Source: Acidobacteriota bacterium (lineage in GTDB: Bacteria; Acidobacteriota; UBA6911; RPQK01; JAJDTT01). Taken from it: DNA of 64,000 nucleotides. Under the pieces are notes generated by a model. It ran no database searches. It worked only from the letters and a program-made list of their open reading frames with translations, and was not told the origin of the DNA. Shown here in pieces: positions 57,592 to 64,000 of the stretch. The position numbers and the translations under genes are program-made. The stretch spans positions 2,848,001 through 2,912,000 of the forward strand of contig CBDCJH010000002.1 in NCBI GenBank assembly GCA_965217775.1, read 5' to 3'. Within the stretch, counting starts at the first letter, position 1; each line of letters starts with the position of its first letter.

Positions 57592-60500
57592 ATGAAACAG
57601 GACGGTTTTCTCGATCCTTACCAGCCCGTGGCAAAAGTCGTCACGGCATTCGACCGGCCCTGCATCCCGGCGGACTGCGTTGCTATCGGCTCACATACTC
57701 CCGGTATGCTCCCTCATCGCGCCTGGTCCGGCGGGCGCAGGACCGGTCTCGGTGCTCGCGGGACTTTCACCACGGACTGTTACGAAATTCTGCCCGCCGA
57801 CCATGAGGGCGGAAGACGAAAGGAAGTCCGGTCCGGAGAGCCGATCGCCATCGTGGGCATGGCCTGCCGGTTCCCCGGCGCGAGGAACCTGGCGGCCTTC
57901 TGGCGTTTGCTCGAAGCTGGCCGGAACGCCGTTATCGAAGGTATTCCCGGATCCGGCGCCGGGCGTGTGGGTGAACTCTTTCCGGATCCCTCGGTTCAGA
58001 GCGTGGCCTGCCGGTTCGGTGCCTACCTCGATGGAATCGACCGGTTCGACGCTCGGTTTTTCCGTATCTCGCCAGTCGAGGCACAACTGCTGGATCCTCA
58101 ACAGCGGCTGATGTTGGAGACCAGTTGGCAGGCCCTCGAGGATGCGGGAATCGATCCTGAACGTCTCAAGGGCAGCCGTACGGGAGTGTACGCCGGGATC
58201 AGCAACTACGACTATCGGGCGCTGATCCTGGACTCGGGTAAGTGTACCGAGCCTGCCAAAAGCCTCTATTCCGTAACGGGGACGTCGTTCAACACCGCCA
58301 TCGGGCGGGTGGCCTTCGTGCTGGGACTTGGGGGACCGGCATTGGCGTTGGATACTGCCTGCTCTTCATCTCTGGTCGCCATCCACCAAGCGGTGTCGGG
58401 CCTGCAGCGGGGAGAGTCCGACCTGGCGCTCGCGGGAGGCGTGCACGCGATCCTGTCCGGCCGGCTGCTGGAACTGCGTGCGAATGCCGGGATGCTTTCT
58501 CCGGATGGACGGTGCGCGACCTTTGATGCTGCAGCGAACGGGTACGTGCGGGGGGAAGGCTGCGGAATCCTGGTCCTCAAGCGGCTCAGCCAGGCGGAAG
58601 CGGACGGCGACCGAATCTGGGCCGTGATCCGCGGCGCGGCGGTGAACCAGGACGGGGCGACCCCGGGACTGACCGTTCCAAACCAGGCGGCGCAGACACA
58701 GGTTATCAAGGAGGCACTCTTTCGGGCGGGGGTCCGACCGGCGGAAGTGGACTACGTCGAAGCGCACGGTACGGGGACCGAGGTGGGCGACCCCATCGAG
58801 TTGCGTTCCACGGCGGCGGCGTACGCCAGGGGACGCCAAGCGGACCATCCGCTTCTGATCGGGTCGGTGAAGACGAATATCGGCCATCTGGAGCCCGCGG
58901 CGGGGGTCGCCGGCGTGATCAAGGTCGCACTCTCCATGAAGCACCGCGCAATTCCACGGCATTTGCACTTCCGAAACCCGACTCCGCAGGTGGACTGGGA
59001 CCGGCTGTGTCTGCGGGTGACTTCGGCACCGATGGAGTGGCCGTTCCATTCCGATCGCCCATTGAGGGCAGGCGTCAGCGGGTTCGGATGGTCGGGCACC
59101 AACGCCCATGTGGTGGTGGAGGGATACGAAGCGGCGAACGGGGCCGACGCCGGCCTGGACCTGAGGCGGCGGCCTCTGGGTTCGCCGAGGCCAATCGCCG
59201 TTTCACTGCCGGAGAGAATCCCGGAGCCGGCACTGGCCGGGAAAGGGCTTGCCCGGCGAAAGACACGTCTCCTGCCACTCTCGGCCAAGTCGGACAAGGC
59301 GCTTCGCCAACTGGCGGAGCGGTATCTGAGTTGGCTCGGCGAGCATCCCGGTGATCCGCTGCTGTGGGACATGGCGTGGACGGCGGGAGTGGGGCGCAGT
59401 CATTTCAGACATCGGGCAGGCGTGGTGTTCCGGGATGCCGGGTCGCTGAGGGAAGGCCTGAGGGGGATCGTAGAGCCGGAGGGTGGCTCGGGAACGGATC
59501 CGGGACCGGAGGCGGTCGCCAAGGTGGCGTTCGCATACGCGGGACAGGCCAGCCAGTGGGTCGGAATGGGGGAATCACTCTACCGGAGCGAGCCGGTGGT
59601 GCGGGCCGTTCTGGACCGGTGTGAGGAGGTGTTTCGGGAGGAGAGAGGGGCTTCGCTCCTGGATGTGATGTTCGGCCGGGGCGAATGCGCCGGGGATCTC
59701 GACGATCCGGCGTGGACCCAGCCGTCCATCTATGCGCTGGAGTGCGCGCTGACTGCGCTCTGGTCGAGCGTCGGCATTCGGCCGAGCGTCGTGGTCGGCC
59801 ACAGCCTGGGAGAGTTGGCGGCGGCCCAGGCGGCGGGGGTGTTCAGCCTCGAGGACGGGTTGCGGTTCGCCGCGTCCCGCGGGTTGCTGATGGCCAACCT
59901 CCCTGGCGGGGGGGCCATGGGAGCGATCTTCGCCCCGGCCTCCCGCGTGGCGGCAACGGTCGAGGAGATGAACGCGTCGTCCCGGGACTCGAGCCTCAGC
60001 GTGGCCGCGGACAACGGGGCGCATCAGGCGGTAAGCGGACCGGCGGCGGACGTCGAGTCCATTCTGGAGCGCTTCGAGAGAGAAGGGGTGCGGGTACGGC
60101 GGTTGAGGAAGAGCCCCGCCTACCACAGCGCTCTGGTCGAGCCGGCGCTGGACGACCTGGAAGCGGCGCTTGCCGGTGTCGCCATCGCGCCGCCCTCCCT
60201 GACCTTTGTCAGCACTCTGACCGGCCGGTCCGTCGGCCCCGGCACGGCCCTCGACGGAGCGTACTGGCGCCGCCAGACGGGAGAGCCGGTCGCCTTCCGT
60301 AGCGCAGTGGCGACGCTCGCCCAATTGGGGGTGGAGGCCATAGTGGAAGTTGGACCTCATGCCGTGCTGGGTCCGATGGTGGTTCTGGCTTGGCCCGAGT
60401 CGGCCGACTCTGGCGGTTCTCCGGCCGTGCTTTCGAGCCTCAGGCGTCCGGGCCGCCATGTTTCGGAGGAAGAGGCCGGGGACGCGTTCGTCGCGGCGGT

Positions 60501-63500
60501 GGCACAAGTTTACGAGACGGGTCTGCCGATCTCTTTTCCGGGGCTTTTCGCCGGGGAGTCCCGGCGCCGGATCTCGCTGCCGGGATACCCGTTCCAGCGC
60601 GAAAGCCACTGGATCAGGGCCCCGAAGCGGCGCCGGCTTGCCGCAGGTCATCCCTTGCTCGGCACCCGGCACGAATCCGCAAGTGGGGAGATCTCATTCG
60701 AAACGGAAGTGTTCCCCTCAGACCCGGCGTGGCTGGATGATCACCGGGTATTCGGCCGGCTCCTGGCGCCGGGTGCGCTCTACGGCGCCATGGGGGCGGC
60801 AGCATCCGTGGCCGAGGGCCCCGGATTGCAGGTATTGGAGGACATGCAGTTGCGCAATCCCCTCGTTTTCCCAGAGGGGAATTCCGAGGAGGGCAGTGGT
60901 GACGGAGGCCGGAAATTGCAGCTCCTGGTCGACGCCTCCGGTGACGAGCCGTCGCGCCGTGTCCGGATTCTCAGCCGAGGAGACGCCGGAGAGGAATGGA
61001 CGCTGCATGCGGAGGGCCGGATCTCGCCCCTGTCCCGTGAACCGAAAGTCGCGCCGCGCCTGGACCCGGAGGATCTCAAAGCTGGCCTGTCGTCCCGGGA
61101 CGTGGCGGCAATCTACCGCTCCAAGGCCAGCGTGGGGATCGATCTCGGCCCACAGTTTCGAACCCTGAAGGCGGTCTGGTCCCGGGCAGGCGAGGCATTG
61201 GGCGAGGTCGCGATCCTGAACGCGCCGGACGGGAACGGGTCGGACATCCATCCGCTTCTGCTCGACGGTTGCTTTCAGGTCATGTCGGCGGCGCGGGGTC
61301 CTGAGGGGACCGGGGACGGGGCCACGTATCTTCCATTCGCGTGGGACCGGCTGTGGTTGACGGGGCGCCTTCCGGAGCGCGTCGTCTGCCATGCACGCAT
61401 GAGGGAAAACTCGCCGGACCGGGCACCGGATTCGAATACCGCCGAGCCGCCAGAGATCCTGACCGGAGATCTCCGGATCTACGATCCAAGCGGGGTCCTG
61501 CTGGGAGGTTTGAACGGGTACACGGTGAAGCGGGCGACACGGGCAGCGCTGCTCTCGGCGGTGGAAGGTTTGCAGGAGCTGCTCTACGAGATTGTGTGGC
61601 CGGAACGAGCCCTTGCGCCGGGCCTGCCGGTTGCGGATTTCCTCCCGAGTCCGGCAACCGTTGCGGCACCCTCAAGACTGTTCTCCCAGTATCTCGCAGC
61701 CGAAGGAGTCGGATCCGAAGACAGGGACTCCATGCTGGAAGACCTGGAGCGGTTGTCCCGGTCTTACGCACTCTCGACCCTGGACAGGCTGGGCTGGGAA
61801 CGGAGGGCAGGGGTGTCCGCAGACTCCGAGGACTTGCGCCGGCGCCTGCGGGTTATCGGAGATCACGGGCGCCTTTTCCGCCGGATACTTGAAATGCTGG
61901 CCCAGGCGGGCGTGCTGGAGGAGGTGGGAGACGGTTTCGTGGTGGTGGTGGGATCCGGGGATCCCCTGCCGGAAGGAATGGGCGATCCCGAGGAGTCTGC
62001 GATCCGGATCGCCAGGTTGTACCCGCACGGATCGAACGAGATCGGACTCCTTCGGCGGTGTGCCTCCGCTCTGGCGGAGGTGCTTCGCGGTCGCGCCGAC
62101 CCGCTGGCGCTTCTATTCGGCGGCGGCGAACCGAGTGCCGCCGATCTGTATCTGAAGGCGCCGGTGGCACGTGCGGGGAACCGGATGCTCGGGGACGCGG
62201 TTCGGGCGCTCGTGGCTGCGTTGCCGGCGGAACGGAGGCTGCGGGTGGTGGAGGTCGGAGCGGGTACCGGCTCGGCGACCACTTCCGTTCTGCCGGAGCT
62301 TCCTTCCGGACGGTTCGACTATACGTATACCGACATCACGGCGGGCTTCTTCGCCAAAGCCGAGACGCGTTTCGGGGACGCTGACGGGGCCATCGAATAC
62401 CGGGTGCTGGACCTCGAGAAGGATCCGGCGGCGCAGGGCTTCGACTGGCACGGCTATGACCTGCTGATCGCTTCCAACGTGCTGCATGCGACGCGGGACC
62501 TCCAGGAGACTCTGACGCACTGTCGAAGGCTTCTGGCGCCATCGGGGCAGCTCTTGGCGCTGGAGAATCTGCGTGCTCAGGGCTGGCTGGATCTGACGTT
62601 CGGACAATTGGACGGATGGTGGCGATTCGCCGACAGCTACCGCCCGCATCATGCCGTGGCGGGCCCCGCGGTTTGGCGCCAGGCTCTCGGGGACACGGGA
62701 TTCGGCGAGGTCGGGATCCTGGGAGTGGACGAGTCGGAATCGGCCGGAATGCCCGACCGGGGGGTGATCGTGGCGCGGGGACCGGCGGAGGTGGACGAGC
62801 CGCAAGGCGCCTGGATTCTGGCGGCGGACGAAGGTGGCGCCGCGGCCGGGTTGGCAGCGGAACTTGCGGCCCGCAAGCAGAGGGTCGTCTTGGCAAGCCG
62901 GTATGCGCCGGCGGTCAGGGGACGCGCGGAGAACGGTTCCGGGATAGTCGGCACCAAGGTGGAGATGGAGCGGCGCGAATCGTGGCGATCGCTCGTGAAC
63001 GATCTGCCGGACGATGTGCCCCTCGGCGGCGTGGTGCATCTTGCGGCCCTGGACGGCCATGGCCCCGGGGCGACGTCCGCGGAAATGGCGGAGGATTCGA
63101 GGCGGGCGGCGGAGACCGCGCTGGCGCTGGTGCAGGGCGTCGCCGACTCCGATGTGATCCCCGGGAAGGGCGTTTGGTTGGTCACGCGCGGCGCGCAGGT
63201 CCTGGAGCGCGAACGTACCGGGGAGCTTGCCGGCGCGCTGCTCTGGGGCTTCGGCAAGGTGGTGGCCCGGGAAGCGCCCCAGTTGCAGCCGAGGATGATC
63301 GACCTCGACCCCGAATCGGCGGCGCTCCCATCCCGCCTCGCCGATGAGCTGCTCCATCCCGACCCTGAGACTCATATCGCGTACCGTGGGGATTTTCGCC
63401 GGGTGGCCCGGCTGGTTCGGGCCGGGGCCGGGGCGGAGCGGCTGTCCCTGCCGCAAGGGACCGGCTGGCGGCTGGAACCCGACCCGGGCGGCGCGCTCAA

Positions 63501-64000
63501 GCGACTGCGCGTGGCGCCGAAGCCGGCGCGTCCGCTGGAGCCGCGAGAGGTTCGCGTCGCCGTCGAGGCGACCGGGCTCAACTTCAGGGATGTGCTCCGC
63601 TCCATCGGTTTGATCGACAAGGGGCTTCTGGGCCGCGAGATGTCCGGCCACATTCTGGAAGTGGGTTCCGGCGTGTCGAACGTGGCGGTGGGCGACCGCG
63701 TGGTCGGATTGGGCTTCGGCACCTTCGGGCCCGAAGTGGTCACGCGGGAGGAGCTGGTGGCGCCCGCGCCGCCGGGGGTAGCGGCCGCGGCGCTCGCGAC
63801 GTTGCCGACCGCGTTCGTAACTGCCGCGCTGTCTTACGAACTTGCCGGATTGAAGTCCGGCGAACGGGTCTTGATTCATTCCGGCGCGGGGGGCGTGGGG
63901 TTGGCGGCGATCCAGTTGGCAGGCGCCGCGGGAGCGCCGGTCTTCACGACCGCGAGTGCTTCCAAGTGGGACTATCTCCGGTCGCTGGGCGTGGAGCACG
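57592..64000 (+). CDS. Type I polyketide synthase, KS-AT-DH-cMT-(structural KR)-ER..., SupA-like; runs off the right edge
   Basis: Frame is open to the window end (no same-frame ORF in the track). KS EPIAIVGMACRFPG, DTACSSS, HGTGT, KTNIGHLE; AT GHSLG, AYHS; DH HRVFGRLLAPG; MT VEVGAGTG; ER LNFRDV, LIHSGAGGVG. Start uncertain. Confidence 0.9.
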   Translation, partial: MKQDGFLDPYQPVAKVVTAFDRPCIPADCVAIGSHTPGMLPHRAWSGGRRTGLGARGTFTTDCYEILPADHEGGRRKEVRSGEPIAIVGMACRFPGARNLAAFWRLLEAGRNAVIEGIPGSGAGRVGELFPDPSVQSVACRFGAYLDGIDRFDARFFRISPVEAQLLDPQQRLMLETSWQALEDAGIDPERLKGSRTGVYAGISNYDYRALILDSGKCTEPAKSLYSVTGTSFNTAIGRVAFVLGLGGPALALDTACSSSLVAIHQAVSGLQRGESDLALAGGVHAILSGRLLELRANAGMLSPDGRCATFDAAANGYVRGEGCGILVLKRLSQAEADGDRIWAVIRGAAVNQDGATPGLTVPNQAAQTQVIKEALFRAGVRPAEVDYVEAHGTGTEVGDPIELRSTAAAYARGRQADHPLLIGSVKTNIGHLEPAAGVAGVIKVALSMKHRAIPRHLHFRNPTPQVDWDRLCLRVTSAPMEWPFHSDRPLRAGVSGFGWSGTNAHVVVEGYEAANGADAGLDLRRRPLGSPRPIAVSLPERIPEPALAGKGLARRKTRLLPLSAKSDKALRQLAERYLSWLGEHPGDPLLWDMAWTAGVGRSHFRHRAGVVFRDAGSLREGLRGIVEPEGGSGTDPGPEAVAKVAFAYAGQASQWVGMGESLYRSEPVVRAVLDRCEEVFREERGASLLDVMFGRGECAGDLDDPAWTQPSIYALECALTALWSSVGIRPSVVVGHSLGELAAAQAAGVFSLEDGLRFAASRGLLMANLPGGGAMGAIFAPASRVAATVEEMNASSRDSSLSVAADNGAHQAVSGPAADVESILERFEREGVRVRRLRKSPAYHSALVEPALDDLEAALAGVAIAPPSLTFVSTLTGRSVGPGTALDGAYWRRQTGEPVAFRSAVATLAQLGVEAIVEVGPHAVLGPMVVLAWPESADSGGSPAVLSSLRRPGRHVSEEEAGDAFVAAVAQVYETGLPISFPGLFAGESRRRISLPGYPFQRESHWIRAPKRRRLAAGHPLLGTRHESASGEISFETEVFPSDPAWLDDHRVFGRLLAPGALYGAMGAAASVAEGPGLQVLEDMQLRNPLVFPEGNSEEGSGDGGRKLQLLVDASGDEPSRRVRILSRGDAGEEWTLHAEGRISPLSREPKVAPRLDPEDLKAGLSSRDVAAIYRSKASVGIDLGPQFRTLKAVWSRAGEALGEVAILNAPDGNGSDIHPLLLDGCFQVMSAARGPEGTGDGATYLPFAWDRLWLTGRLPERVVCHARMRENSPDRAPDSNTAEPPEILTGDLRIYDPSGVLLGGLNGYTVKRATRAALLSAVEGLQELLYEIVWPERALAPGLPVADFLPSPATVAAPSRLFSQYLAAEGVGSEDRDSMLEDLERLSRSYALSTLDRLGWERRAGVSADSEDLRRRLRVIGDHGRLFRRILEMLAQAGVLEEVGDGFVVVVGSGDPLPEGMGDPEESAIRIARLYPHGSNEIGLLRRCASALAEVLRGRADPLALLFGGGEPSAADLYLKAPVARAGNRMLGDAVRALVAALPAERRLRVVEVGAGTGSATTSVLPELPSGRFDYTYTDITAGFFAKAETRFGDADGAIEYRVLDLEKDPAAQGFDWHGYDLLIASNVLHATRDLQETLTHCRRLLAPSGQLLALENLRAQGWLDLTFGQLDGWWRFADSYRPHHAVAGPAVWRQALGDTGFGEVGILGVDESESAGMPDRGVIVARGPAEVDEPQGAWILAADEGGAAAGLAAELAARKQRVVLASRYAPAVRGRAENGSGIVGTKVEMERRESWRSLVNDLPDDVPLGGVVHLAALDGHGPGATSAEMAEDSRRAAETALALVQGVADSDVIPGKGVWLVTRGAQVLERERTGELAGALLWGFGKVVAREAPQLQPRMIDLDPESAALPSRLADELLHPDPETHIAYRGDFRRVARLVRAGAGAERLSLPQGTGWRLEPDPGGALKRLRVAPKPARPLEPREVRVAVEATGLNFRDVLRSIGLIDKGLLGREMSGHILEVGSGVSNVAVGDRVVGLGFGTFGPEVVTREELVAPAPPGVAAAALATLPTAFVTAALSYELAGLKSGERVLIHSGAGGVGLAAIQLAGAAGAPVFTTASASKWDYLRSLGVEH
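57622..57779. mobile_element. MITE family A, copy 2, with TTAC target duplication
   Basis: Same termini as 1734-1891; TTAC at both 57618-57621 and 57780-57783. Confidence 0.85.

Overview
GC-rich bacterial chromosome, probably an Acidobacteriota-like sponge or marine symbiont (inferred from a SupA-like type I PKS, PSCyt/PSD1 plus DUF1501 pairs and a secreted IYFLPNDR-type protein). The left ~27 kb is an accessory, repeat-rich metal island. It holds four related His/Glu-rich TonB-dependent receptor sequences in different states of decay (intact, frameshifted, internally deleted, C-terminal remnant), two CDF exporters, an Nramp-like transporter with an inserted 4-repeat domain, a PIN toxin-antitoxin pair and a REP-associated HUH transposase (RAYT). 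A short polar motif, AAAGGG(G)ACAGTC, flanks the RAYT in inverted orientation and also lies next to the breakpoints of duplicated or truncated gene fragments. The middle has a coupled deacetylase-aminotransferase-oxidoreductase-nucleotidyltransferase-like operon. The right half is mostly core genes (sirtuin, truB, DHH, infB, nusA, rimP, M16 peptidases, OmpA/Pal-like, SplB-like radical SAM with ParB-like partner, UvrD, HtrA, lipoate ligase-like, hrcA, grpE). It ends in a large PKS that runs off the window and appears to carry an in-frame MITE near its N-terminus. All family calls come from motif recognition by eye; no database searches were run.
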